DNA from: an uncultured Actinomycetes bacterium
GTDB lineage: Bacteria; Actinomycetota; Thermoleophilia; RBG-16-64-13
Assembly: GCA_963706025.1 (NCBI GenBank)
Contig: CAVPLM010000005.1
Location: forward strand, 544,001-608,000
Length of the DNA stretch: 64,000 nucleotides
Direction of reading: 5' to 3'
Numbering within the stretch: the stretch's first letter is position 1; the number at the start of each line of letters is the position of its first letter. The notes below the pieces were generated by a model. It was given only the letters and a program-made list of their open reading frames with translations. It did no database searches and was not told where the DNA came from. Both the position numbers and the translations under genes were made by a program. Shown in pieces: positions 50,755 to 60,937 of the stretch.

Positions 50755-52692
50755 CTATTCCCTCCCCTCCTGTTCGAGCAGCGAAAGAGCGTTCCAGATC
50801 ATCTGGGCGGCCTCTCCCCGAGTGCATGAGTCATAGGCATCCCACCGCTGCAGCCAATCGATCAGACTGGATAGCAGGTCGTTGGCATAGGCCCGTCTCA
50901 GGTTGGTTCGATGAGGCGGGTCCCAGAAGTAAGCACCGGGAGCTTCGGCCTGGGCCACGGTGACGAGGCCCGGATAGATCGTATCCAGCGCCCGCACCAG
51001 CATGGAGACAGCTTGGCCGCGGGTTAGGGGACCGTAGGGATCAAAGCGGTCCGGAGTCTTCCCCTGTACGATGCCACGAGCGGCAAGTGCCGCCACGTAC
51101 TCGTGCGGGTAGAGGTTTTCCTCGTCGTCAGCTCCCAGGTCGCCGAAGGGAGCGACAAGCTCTTCGGTGACGGGCAGGTCAAACGCCTCGCAGATCATCT
51201 TGGCGAACTGCGCCCGCAGGAGCGGCTCGTCCGGCCGGAACACCGTCCCTCTCCGGCCGGGCTCCGGTAGGGGTAGCCGGTGGCGATCCCCAGCTCGTCC
51301 ATGCCCAGGATGGCCGTGCGGAAGCGATGCTGGCCCGGTACGTCGGCGAAGGGATCGACGAAGGACGAGGGCGCCGTCGCAACCATGAACCTGTCAGGGG
51401 GCTCGGGCACCCCGGTCTCCATGGAGAACCAGTGCTTCCACCAGACGACGGTGCGGTCGTTCACCAACGCAAGCTGGTCCATCGACGTCCGGTTGGACGA
51501 GAGCTGTGTGATCTGCCCGGTCAGGAGATCGTAGGCCATGATCTCCGACTCGAGTTCACCACCCCGCTCCCAGGCCACGATGCCGTCCGCGATCTCCGGG
51601 GTGAAGTTCAGGAACTGGTTCTCACTCACGTCGATGATCTGGCCGGTCTGGCTATCGTAGGCTTTGATCTTCCTCAGGGTGGTTTCGTAGGCGGGCCCGC
51701 CCTCGTAGGTATCCCAGACCACGAAGCGCCCGTCGGTCTTGGGGAAGGCTTCCGGCGCTTCCCTGGCCGCGATCTTCTCGGTCTTTCCAGTCGAAATCCG
51801 GTGCAGGAAGATGTCCAGGGATTGCGTAGGGGCTCATGTGTGGAGAGGAAGAAGCGGGCGAAGAGACCCAGGTGACCAGATCACCCTCGAGACTTACGTG
51901 AAGAGACTCGGCCGGAGTGGAGCCGAGCTTGGTCTTGGCTCCTGTCTGGATATCGTAGAGCCACACCTCGCCGTCTTCCTGCGGAGAGGGGGTGGTGATG
52001 AAGGCCAGGTGGGAAGCGTCCAGGTCGATGGAGGTATTGCCGCTCGAGCTGGCCCCGCCTACATAAACGCGGTCGGCCACCTGCACGGTGGCATTAGCAC
52101 TGATGGTGTAGAGGTAGAGCGCCGGTCGGCCGAAGGTCTGTCCGTCGGCGGGATCGATCTGGACCCAGGCTATGTGGTCGCCCACGATCCAGGGCCCGGT
52201 GCCCATCCCCAGGTAGAAGCGAGCATGAGCGACGAGCCGCCTCTCCTTGGTGGCAAGATCGTAGAGCCAAAGGTCCCCGGGATCACGATAGTCGGAGGTG
52301 GCCTCGTGGCTCACGAAGACCACCCGGTCTCCATCCAAGGCTACCGAGGTCTCAATCTCGGGGGTGTTGGTCAGCTGGGTGCTCGCGCCGGCTGCTAGGT
52401 CGACTACGTAGATATCCGCCTGCTCAGCCGAGGATGCGCTCCAGGCTATGGTGTCTTGATCGAAGGCCAGATCGAAGGTGATGGGGATCTCCAAGTCCCC
52501 CAGGTCTCTGAAATGCCAGCCGGCCACGTCCAGTGAAGCGGAGGCCGGGCTGGGAACGAGCAGCAAGGCCGCCCCCGTGAGGAGGAGGAAAAGGACGAAA
52601 GATACCGCGGTGCGGGCGCGGTTCACCATGCACTCCCTTGGCAATAGCCGAGGTACCTCGGGACGCCGCTCCGGGCCGCTAAGCTGGAACAT
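50755..52692 (-). CDS. Secreted beta-propeller plus SLH protein, split by two frameshifts
   Basis: Three consecutive frames (51652-52692, 51195-51722, 50755-51243) join into one paralog of the 46447 gene. Breaks near 51820 and 51250-51275. Confidence 0.75.
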
Positions 52693-52807
52693 GGACTCCA
52701 CCTCTTTCATGTCCAGACAGGGGATAAACATGCCATAGGAAGGGTGATCGACAGGCTCGTCCGGTTTCCTCTGTCCTGCATCGAGTTGTAACCCTACACC
52801 CAAGCAC

Positions 52808-53551
52808 CTAGAGGGTCGGGATGAGGAAGTAGGTGAGGTCGCCCTCCGCCGCCAAAGAGGCCATGCCGCTCGGACGCTTGTGGAACAGGGCAAACTGAAG
52901 GGCAACATCTGTTGGACCAAATTCGCGGCGCGGATCATCCGGATCCAGCCGCACAAACGAATCCTCCTCCAGGTAGAAAGCCCGCTCCATCGGCAGGACG
53001 GCTCCGTGGCCTTCGTACTCGCGCATGTCGATGGAGAGCTGGTAGCCGCTCAGGTCTTTCGCCGCCGCTATTTCCGGCTGCAGCTCGTTCTCGAAAGCGC
53101 GAAGTCCCAGGCGATCGAGCACCCGAAAGGTATTGTCTAGAGACGTAGCCCAGGAGCTCTGGGGGAGCGGCGTCTCCTCCCAACGGCCGCCATACACCTG
53201 CATGGTTGACGAACCGGAGAAGAAGTCTAGCTCAAGCAGGTAGTGATCCGCGGTCAGTACCTGCACCTGCAACGAGCTGATACTGCCAGAGGGAGCGTAG
53301 AGCAGTCTAAACTGCTGGAGCTGCGCCCTTTCAGACTGCACCCCGGCTTTGCCCGCGACGAGCCCCCACAAGCGATTGAAGCTCAGTGAATAGGCGTCCG
53401 TAGGCGCATCGACCGAGACGCTGATCCGATCGGCCGCTCCCGCGTGACTTCTCGCCGAAAGGACCGGGATGACAGCCGCGGCGATGACTAGCACAAAAAC
53501 GGTGATAAGTAGTTTGGGAGATCGCCATCGATTGGAGGTTACGCCGCCCAT
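52808..53551 (-). CDS. Secreted or membrane-anchored hypothetical protein
   Basis: GGAGG RBS and an N-terminal hydrophobic helix. Confidence 0.65.
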   Translation of the reverse strand: MGGVTSNRWRSPKLLITVFVLVIAAAVIPVLSARSHAGAADRISVSVDAPTDAYSLSFNRLWGLVAGKAGVQSERAQLQQFRLLYAPSGSISSLQVQVLTADHYLLELDFFSGSSTMQVYGGRWEETPLPQSSWATSLDNTFRVLDRLGLRAFENELQPEIAAAKDLSGYQLSIDMREYEGHGAVLPMERAFYLEEDSFVRLDPDDPRREFGPTDVALQFALFHKRPSGMASLAAEGDLTYFLIPTL

Positions 53552-54400
53552 GCCCTACCTCCGACTTCCTTCCAGTAAGCCGCGCCTGATGTCAGGTCAA
53601 GCCGAAACCCGCCGTCAGCTCGCCAAGGTCCCAGCTACCAGCCTACATCGAGAGCGCCGCTTGTGCCAGCGAGGACTTAGCGAGTCTCGCTAACTTGCAT
53701 GGTGATAGTGCTTGTGTCAAGACGGAACGGGAATCGCCGGCGAGGACGCCGGGACCACCCAGACGAAGGACCGCGACAAGGACGGCATCAAAACATGATC
53801 AAGATAGCTTCTTCTGATGATATTAACGGATACTGATCCTGTTCCGCGACGGTCCGCCGTCGCCAACTATCCGACCTGACGCGTTCATTATCGCGATCTC
53901 TGCTGCCGACTCCGACCCCGAGTCCATCACAGCAGTTAGGCGGCCTCCACCCCCACGCCGCTGCGTACAGCCCCGACCCGCTGATACATCATCAGGCTAG
54001 GAACCCGAAGGTGCGAACTGCACCGCCGACGACAGGAACCCAGGAAGATCAAAACTGAGACGACTCCCGATCTACGCAATCCGGGCTTCCACGAGTCGCA
54101 AGCACCAATTGGGGAGAAGAAGCGAGCCCCAAGAGACCCGACCTCGAAGGCCCGCGTGTTCGTGGCTGTGGGGAGGTCGCTAGTGGATCTGAATGTAGCT
54201 CCCGTGAGTCCTTCACTAAGTCGGTGCGGGCTTACCTGCCGAATAGCCCCGGCGAAACTCCGGCTGGGCGAACTTCGCCCCCGGCCGGGGCGTTTCTCCC
54301 ACGTTGAGAAGGAGCTTGGGTACCTTATCGAGAGGGCTTCATGTGCCGATAACAAAGTAGATGGTCCTCCAGCGGAAGACCCGACTGATCTGACCTGCAA

Positions 54401-55192
54401 GTGGTGGGGCGACAGTTGAAGGGAAAGTTCACGCCAGCATCTCGGCGCAAGCGGGAAGTCAACCGCGAGGTTTTGCACCTGACCCTCCGTATTCTGGCCC
54501 GAGAGGCCGTGGCCAGCATGTTCACGACCATGGCTCTCACAGACAACCGCACCGCCCGCCGTTCGGCGGCGGCCGCCCAGTGGGCCACCAACATCGCCGA
54601 GGCTCTCAACCTGAGCGAGCACGAGGTGAACGTCACGTATCTAGCCACCCTCCTGCACGATGTAGGGATGATGGCGGTTCCCGACGAGGTGCTTGATTCC
54701 CCAGGGGAGTTGGATCCCTCCGCTTGGGCCCTGATAAAGACCCATTGCCAGAACGGGGAGAACATCCTCAGCACCATCGATCAGTTCGACGAACTGGCCA
54801 AAGCGGTGCTCTCTCACCACGAACGCTACGATGGCACGGGATATGCGTTGGGGCTCGTCGGCGAGGAGATCCCGCTCATCAGCCGGATTATTTGCGTGGC
54901 CGACAGCTACTCGGCCATGATGAGCGACCTGCCGTATCGACCCAAGCTTTCCCTCGAGACGGCCCAGGCGGAGTTGGCGACCAACAAGGTCACACAGTTC
55001 GACCCTGTGGTGGTCGACACCTTCCTTCGCGTGCTAGAGCAGCATGACGATGACTATCAGCGCGGCGAACAGCCAGACTTCAGTGTGGAGTTCCAGAAGG
55101 TCAAGCTCTTGCGCGAGCTCGACGCAGAATGCTCTTGCCACCTGGAACAACGCGGCTACGCTGCCCGCGTCAGGCCGAGTTCCTCGTGGTAG
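54401..55192 (+). CDS. HD-GYP domain protein, partly degenerate
   Basis: LLHDVG, HHERYDGTGYA, IPLISRII and QFDP motifs. The first metal-binding His region reads TARRS. Start uncertain. Confidence 0.8.
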   Translation: MVGRQLKGKFTPASRRKREVNREVLHLTLRILAREAVASMFTTMALTDNRTARRSAAAAQWATNIAEALNLSEHEVNVTYLATLLHDVGMMAVPDEVLDSPGELDPSAWALIKTHCQNGENILSTIDQFDELAKAVLSHHERYDGTGYALGLVGEEIPLISRIICVADSYSAMMSDLPYRPKLSLETAQAELATNKVTQFDPVVVDTFLRVLEQHDDDYQRGEQPDFSVEFQKVKLLRELDAECSCHLEQRGYAARVRPSSSW

Positions 55193-55296
55193 TCGTTGGG
55201 GCTGATGGTCCGCTCCGTTCTGCTCGGCCTGCGGTCGAGCGATGGTCTAGTCTGTGGGCCGCTGACGTTCCCCGTAGAACCTCGAAAGGAGATGTC

Positions 55297-56868
55297 ATGA
55301 GCAAACGATCCATCGCCGTAGCTCCGCTACTTGTCGCGCTAGTCCTGGGTACGATGCTCCTGGGCGCGATGGTCCTGGGAGTGGCGCCATTCATCGGCAC
55401 CGGAACGGCCGTCGCCGCCCCTCAGCAACCGGCCGAATCGGTGCTCGCATATATATCCGCCAACTGGGTTATGGAATACGACGCGGTCGCCGACACCTCG
55501 ACGGCTCTCGACTACATCGAGGAGGGAAGGCCCGTGATGCCTTCGCGGGCCCTGAGCGGCACGGCGGTCTCCTGGTCGGTCTTTTCCGAGTCGGGCCCTG
55601 TCCAGACCTATGTGAGCGAGACTTTCACCCACCCCGGGCAGGAGACCGTACATACCCTGACCACCGATCTGTTGTACAGCTTCCCCCGGCTCTCTCCCGA
55701 CGGCACAAGGCTCCTGTACGTCGTTGAAGAACCCGACCCTGATGGAGGCCTCACCAGCAATCTGTACGTCCGGCGGGTCGCCGATGGAGCGGAGCTCTTC
55801 TCCATAGCCAACGTCGACGCCGCGGATTGGTCGCCGGACGGCACTAAGATCGTGTTCTCGAGTTATGGTCGAGCCCGCTTCGATCCCGATATGGTGATGC
55901 TGTACGCATACGACGTCGCCACCACTCAGGAGACCAAGGTACCGTCTGGTCACCTTACCGTGATGGGTTACGTGAACACCTACTCGCCCCGCTGGTCCCC
56001 GAGCGGTGACTGGATCGCCTTCCAGCGTCACGGCGAGGACGCCATCGATATCGTGCTCACGGATCCGACGGGCTCCACCGAACAGGTGCTGATGACGCTA
56101 CCGCCGGATCAGAGCGGCCTGGGGATGGAATGGGTGCGGATGCCTGATGGTACCGAGCGTCTGTTCGTAGAATCCGTGGAAGCGGGGGGAGCGCCCTTCG
56201 TGATCATGGAAGTGCCCGGGCTGCACTCCGGCGCCTCCGATGGGCGGATCCTGCACGGCGCGTTGTCCGGACAGCCTCTGCCGGAACTGAGCGACGTCTC
56301 GGCCCAGCATCCCTTCTACCGTCAGATCCGCGATCTGGCCGCGCTCCAGATCGCCGGGGGGTTCGACGACGGGTCGTTCCGTCCCGCGGCGCTGGTGAAG
56401 CGGGCGCAGTACGCCAAGATGATCAGCATCGCTCTGGGTGTGCACGACAGCGAGTGGACGAACTGGAATGCGCCCAGCTTTCCTGACGTCCCCCGGCCCG
56501 CCGCTCAGGACGACGCGTTTCGGTACCCCTTCGACTACGTAGAGGAGGCGGCCGCGGCCGGCTTGGTGAAAGGCACTACGACCGGGCGGTTCAACCCGTG
56601 GGCCGAGATCAGCCGGGTGCAACTCGCCCTGATGATCGCCCGCGCCGGCGTGGGTAGGTTGGAGCCGGCCACAGCGGCGGACTACTCAGTCTTCACCGAC
56701 CTCGCCGGGCTATCTCAAGAGGCACGGGATGCGATCGCCGTCGTCTATCACAATGGGATCATCACCGGCAAGACGGCCACCACCTTCGCTCCGTACGCCC
56801 CGGCCACCCGAGGACATGCCGTGACTATGACCTGGCGGCTCATGGAGAAGCTGGGCCTCATAGGCTGA
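55297..56868 (+). CDS. Secreted TolB/PD40 plus SLH protein
   Basis: AAGGAG RBS, signal peptide, SPDG/WSPDG/WSPSG repeats and C-terminal SLH motifs. Confidence 0.85.
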   Translation: MSKRSIAVAPLLVALVLGTMLLGAMVLGVAPFIGTGTAVAAPQQPAESVLAYISANWVMEYDAVADTSTALDYIEEGRPVMPSRALSGTAVSWSVFSESGPVQTYVSETFTHPGQETVHTLTTDLLYSFPRLSPDGTRLLYVVEEPDPDGGLTSNLYVRRVADGAELFSIANVDAADWSPDGTKIVFSSYGRARFDPDMVMLYAYDVATTQETKVPSGHLTVMGYVNTYSPRWSPSGDWIAFQRHGEDAIDIVLTDPTGSTEQVLMTLPPDQSGLGMEWVRMPDGTERLFVESVEAGGAPFVIMEVPGLHSGASDGRILHGALSGQPLPELSDVSAQHPFYRQIRDLAALQIAGGFDDGSFRPAALVKRAQYAKMISIALGVHDSEWTNWNAPSFPDVPRPAAQDDAFRYPFDYVEEAAAAGLVKGTTTGRFNPWAEISRVQLALMIARAGVGRLEPATAADYSVFTDLAGLSQEARDAIAVVYHNGIITGKTATTFAPYAPATRGHAVTMTWRLMEKLGLIG

Positions 56869-57083
56869 CGCCCAGAGAGGTTCTGCCCCGCGCACCGGGC
56901 GCCTCGAACGGCCGGTCCGCTATTGCCCGAGTTCGCAGTGTGGAACGAGTGTCAAGACCCCGAATTCCCCTGGAACGCCGGGGTCCGCGCCTTGTCAACG
57001 CTTGTTGTGCAATCCTCCACGCTGACGCTAGCATCCGCGACCTGGCGTCACACCAGTCGGACGGCAACTGGAGCAAGGACCGG

Positions 57084-57124
57084 AAGCCCCCGTCGGCCGA
57101 GCTTGGTAGCTACCGGCGGGGGCT
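57084..57124 (+). repeat. Hairpin-family copy E (complete form)
   Basis: AAGCCCCCGTCGG-CCGAGCTTGGTAGCTA-CCGGCGGGGGCT. Confidence 0.75.
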
Positions 57125-57181
57125 CTAACGCCGCCCAATGTCACGGAAGTCCGGGATGTCAACCCCGCGGTCCTTGCAAGA

Positions 57182-57628
57182 CTAGACCTCAGTCAACTGC
57201 TTGAGGTTCTCCAGAGTATGACGCGCCGCACGCTCCTGATTGCGCTCGATAAAGAGTCGGTCGGCGACCTTGCCCAGCACGCTGCCCGGCACGGCGTACT
57301 CAATCTCAAACGTCACCGTGGTTCCGTCGTCCTTGGGCTCGTAATCCCAGCTAATCCAGCCGGCAAGGGAGCCTTCATTCTCGCCCTTCCAATGGAAGGA
57401 TCCGTCGGCTTCGGAGCGGTTCTCAATGACCTTGGTGGTGAGGGGGATATGCACGCCCGCCATCAGATAGCTGTGGCTAATGACGGTGCCGGGCGATGTG
57501 TCGCCCTCCAGGCTTTTCACCTCACCCAACCCTACGAACCAGCTAGACCACTTGTACGGGTCGGCCGCGAAAGCGTGTACTTCTTTAGGCGGAGCCTGGA
57601 TGAAGATGCTGTCCTTGATACGGGCCAT
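57182..57628 (-). CDS. SRPBCC/polyketide cyclase family protein
   Basis: SIFIQAPP.EV....D...W, GTTVT and LENLK motifs. GAGG RBS. Confidence 0.85.
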   Translation of the reverse strand: MARIKDSIFIQAPPKEVHAFAADPYKWSSWFVGLGEVKSLEGDTSPGTVISHSYLMAGVHIPLTTKVIENRSEADGSFHWKGENEGSLAGWISWDYEPKDDGTTVTFEIEYAVPGSVLGKVADRLFIERNQERAARHTLENLKQLTEV

Positions 57629-57764
57629 CTAAGCCTCCTCGTCATGAAGACATGGATTGGGGATCGTCTTTCCGACGAAACCCCCTACACTACATTCTCC
57701 GCAAGACAATGCGCCTGTCAAGAAGTCCGACCCGGTCGAGACAGGATGTGGCCGGACCGCGAAG

Positions 57765-57965
57765 AACCCGCCCACGGCCGAGCTCGGTAGGTACCGAAGG
57801 ACGCTTGGGACCAGGTTACTGTCGAGGTGCTGATTCATCATGGGTTCCCGTTCGGGAATGAACACTATGACCAAATGGAGCGCAGGCCTTTGAGCGAACT
57901 GGCGCCGCCGGACCTGGCCGAGCCAAACGTCAGATCGATCGAGCCTGGTAGCTGCCGGCGGGCTC
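57765..57965 (+). repeat. Two degenerate hairpin-family copies (F and G)
   Basis: CGGCCGAGCTCGGTAGGTACCG at ~57775 and CGAGCCTGGTAGCTGCCGGCGGGCTC at ~57940. Confidence 0.55.
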
Positions 57966-58009
57966 CCGCCGGAAGGAGAAATCCGGGCTGAAGATGAATA
58001 ACTAACTAC

Positions 58010-58600
58010 GTGTTCTTGCTGGAGGTCGAGCTCATCAAGAAGATTCTTCTGCTTCCGCCTGTTCTTGCCGCCGTGCTGCTTGTCTTGGGCTGCGCGACGC
58101 CAGCCACCACCACAACCACCTCCACAATCAGCCCTGCCACTACCGCTGCTCCCACCACGACCACAGCAAGCGCCACCTCGACAACGGAGCATGCCGTCTC
58201 GGCCACGACTTTCACAGCAGAGCTTTCAGGCGCCGAGGTCGTTCCCGCGGTCGACACACTTGCGACAGGCACAGCCACCTTCACCATCGATGCCACCGGC
58301 ACTCGGGGCTCCTTCAAGCTCACGGTGCGCAACCTAACCGGTGTGATCGCATCCCGCGTCCACGAGGGCACGCCGGGCATCAACGGGCAAGGTCTGCTCA
58401 TTCTCTATCCCGGGCCGACGCTAAACGATACCCTCACTGGAGTGCTCGCCCAGGGCAACTTCAACGCCTCGGTCCTCATCGGATCGCTCACGGGCAGGTC
58501 CCTCGCCGAGTTCGCAGTCCTACTTCAGGGCGGCCTGGCCTACGTCAACGTGGGCACGGTCAACAATCCCCAAGGGGAGATCCGGGGTCAGATTCACTAA
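58010..58600 (+). CDS. CHRD-domain lipoprotein
   Basis: Lipobox VLGC, Thr-rich linker, LSGAEVVP and AYVNV.T..NP.GEIRGQI. Confidence 0.85.
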   Translation: MFLLEVELIKKILLLPPVLAAVLLVLGCATPATTTTTSTISPATTAAPTTTTASATSTTEHAVSATTFTAELSGAEVVPAVDTLATGTATFTIDATGTRGSFKLTVRNLTGVIASRVHEGTPGINGQGLLILYPGPTLNDTLTGVLAQGNFNASVLIGSLTGRSLAEFAVLLQGGLAYVNVGTVNNPQGEIRGQIH

Positions 58601-60441
58601 ACCGGGCCGTCTCTCTGGGCAAGTTCCGCAGGTGCGCCGTCTGCCATCCATTCAGCGGCGGTATACCCAGTGCCATAGTCCACCACGGTCCACTCGCCCT
58701 CGACTTCGTGGAGAAGAAGTTCAAGACGGTCCAAATCCAATAGATGAGGGATGATCAGGGCACCCGCCCACGAGTCGACGATCCTGAGTAGCGATAAGCT
58801 GAACTCGGACGGATAAAGGGAAAGGTCACGGCCGATCGCTTGGCTGATGGCGGCTTCTTCTTCACCCGGGGCCGGCCGGTTGAGCAGGTTGTAGAGCATA
58901 CCGGCGACCTCCCCTCGGGTGGCGGGAGAAAAGAAGTCGAACGCCGGTCCTACTCCCTCTATCTTGTTCAGTAGCCCAACATAGGCGGCCCTCCGCGCGT
59001 TCTGGTAATGCTCCTCGGGATAGAACTGCCCGGGGCCGAAAGGTGGCACATAGTAAGGAGGTGCGTCGGGGAGGTTGGCCGCGCGGACGATCATAGTAAT
59101 GAGCTGCTGCCGGGTCATGTTGTCGTAGGGCGCAAACGTGTCTGCGGTCCTGCCTTGAGTGATCCCATTCGCGGCGCATACCGCCACATAGTGGTCAGGG
59201 TACAGCGGGTCTGTAGAACCCATGTCGGTCATGACGTCCGTGAAGGGGGAGACGTCGTTCTCGCTCACGGGGAGATTGAGGGTCTTCACGATCATCTTGG
59301 CGAACTGCTGGCGGATCACAGGGTTCAGCGGCCGGAAAGCGCCGTCGGGATAGCCACCGACGATGCCAGCCTGGGCGAGACTCTCAATGGCCTGTTGGTA
59401 GGGCGACGAGTCAATATCCGTGAACGTGTGTCGCTGCAGCGGCTTGATCCAGCCAATCACACCATCTTGATCGACCCAGACCTTGCCGGAGTTCCTCGTG
59501 AGAGCCAGGGTCCTCGTGCCTTCCGGGTTCGCGCCGTTCTGTTCATAGATACGGAGACGATCTCCCTCGACCGCTCCCACCACCGCGACGTGGCCATATG
59601 TTCCAGTGCCCCACACGAGCAGGTCCCCGACGTCGGGTGGCGACGTTGCGGTGCGGTCGTTGGAGACCGTCGGCAGTCCATAGGTCACCTGGGCAATCGT
59701 CAACATGTCTTTCGCATACGACCCCGCCCAGTGGGCCGGGAGCGCGTTCCCGTTCTTGTCCTGCCAGTGTTGTGTCTGAGTAGTCCAGCGTTGCGCGAGT
59801 TCCACGCACTGGTAGCGGAACCCAGCGCCGCTATCCCCGAATACGGGAATGCTACTAACGCCAGGCGCGATCCAGTTCGGGCGGGGGAAGTTGCTGTACA
59901 CCTGGAGTCCGTTCCACTCCTGTACGACGGTGCCCCAGGGAATGAGTGCGAACGTGGGCGAGGTGCCTTCCACCGCGGGGTCCAGGAGGGAAGCAACAGT
60001 GGCATGGCAGTTCGCATAGTGGCTATACGTCTGCCCATACGCGACCGCGGGCTGCCACAGGTACGAGCCGGCCGAGGCGGCCACGGTCCCACTGTGTATG
60101 GTCTCACCGTCCATGATGACCTTGACGGTCACGTCACCGGCGACGCCGATAGCTTGCCACCTCACCGTCACCAGGTCGGCGGTCTCCTCGAACAACGCAG
60201 GCGCGAATGTTCCAGACCGGTCCGGGAAACTGTAGCTTCCTGTGGGGTACGCCGCGTACGAAGTACCGCTCGCGGGAGATGTGACAGTGATCTCGGCGCT
60301 TGACTCCGCGGTGGAGAAGGCGTGATCCGACTGCTCGTGTAGCCCGTACGGATAGCTCGCCTGAGCGAAGGCAGGGGCAGCAATGGCAAAGACCGCCACC
60401 AGTCCGATCAGTACCCCGATGATGACGCGGCTAGCTGCCAT
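58597..60441 (-). CDS. Secreted CHAP amidase/peptidase plus SLH protein
   Basis: YQCVELAQR...YGHVAVV...EQN catalytic motifs and SLH repeats. Confidence 0.85.
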   Translation of the reverse strand: MAASRVIIGVLIGLVAVFAIAAPAFAQASYPYGLHEQSDHAFSTAESSAEITVTSPASGTSYAAYPTGSYSFPDRSGTFAPALFEETADLVTVRWQAIGVAGDVTVKVIMDGETIHSGTVAASAGSYLWQPAVAYGQTYSHYANCHATVASLLDPAVEGTSPTFALIPWGTVVQEWNGLQVYSNFPRPNWIAPGVSSIPVFGDSGAGFRYQCVELAQRWTTQTQHWQDKNGNALPAHWAGSYAKDMLTIAQVTYGLPTVSNDRTATSPPDVGDLLVWGTGTYGHVAVVGAVEGDRLRIYEQNGANPEGTRTLALTRNSGKVWVDQDGVIGWIKPLQRHTFTDIDSSPYQQAIESLAQAGIVGGYPDGAFRPLNPVIRQQFAKMIVKTLNLPVSENDVSPFTDVMTDMGSTDPLYPDHYVAVCAANGITQGRTADTFAPYDNMTRQQLITMIVRAANLPDAPPYYVPPFGPGQFYPEEHYQNARRAAYVGLLNKIEGVGPAFDFFSPATRGEVAGMLYNLLNRPAPGEEEAAISQAIGRDLSLYPSEFSLSLLRIVDSWAGALIIPHLLDLDRLELLLHEVEGEWTVVDYGTGYTAAEWMADGAPAELAQRDGPV

Positions 60442-60937
60442 ATCTGCGCCTATACTAGAGTCTGGCACCTGTGATTACGAGCACCGGGAGTCGGCGGGCA
60501 GAGCAAGGAGCCGCTTGACCCCCGTGAAACCGGCTGTGCCGCATAGACCTATACCTGCGGACGCCGCCACCAGCTGACCCGAAACGGCGAGCCTGTTTCT
60601 TCACTTCCAGAAACGAACACTATCGCTGACTAGTGTTCCTTAATAATCGATTATCCGTCGTTGCGCGTCAAACTCACTGATTGACCATCAGTCGGGGGCT
60701 CGGACGTGCAGGGGGTGGGATTGATGGGACATAGGATCGTGTTGGCTAAACACGCTCTTCGCCGAGAGGAACTCCCGGCGGCCAAGCGGCCACGAACCAC
60801 CGCGAACCAGGTAGACAACTTGAGGCGCCCTGCTGATCAAGACGAGGCCACCGCTAGATAACTCATCAGTGCCGGGCACTCCGAGCCGAAGCTCTTGGCC
60901 ACAGACTCGCCCCCTCCGTTCGAGCCTACGCCCCCGC

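Noticed and set aside
56950-57170. Several TGTCAA motifs as IS ends
   Set aside because: No paired TIRs, target duplications or transposase remnants were found. They may simply be reversed -35 elements.
42474-57965. Hairpin family as c-di-GMP riboswitches or integron attC sites
   Set aside because: It lacks the GEMM GGCAAA/GAAA-tetraloop architecture and the RYYYAAC...GTTRRRY ends of attC sites.
48600-59430. Shared 3' block as a DGR template/variable repeat pair
   Set aside because: Both copies are coding, the differences are not visibly adenine-specific, and no reverse transcriptase is present.
60634-60662. AT-rich palindromic stretch as a dif site
   Set aside because: There is no XerD-type TTATGTTAAA arm. 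It is more likely a promoter or operator.
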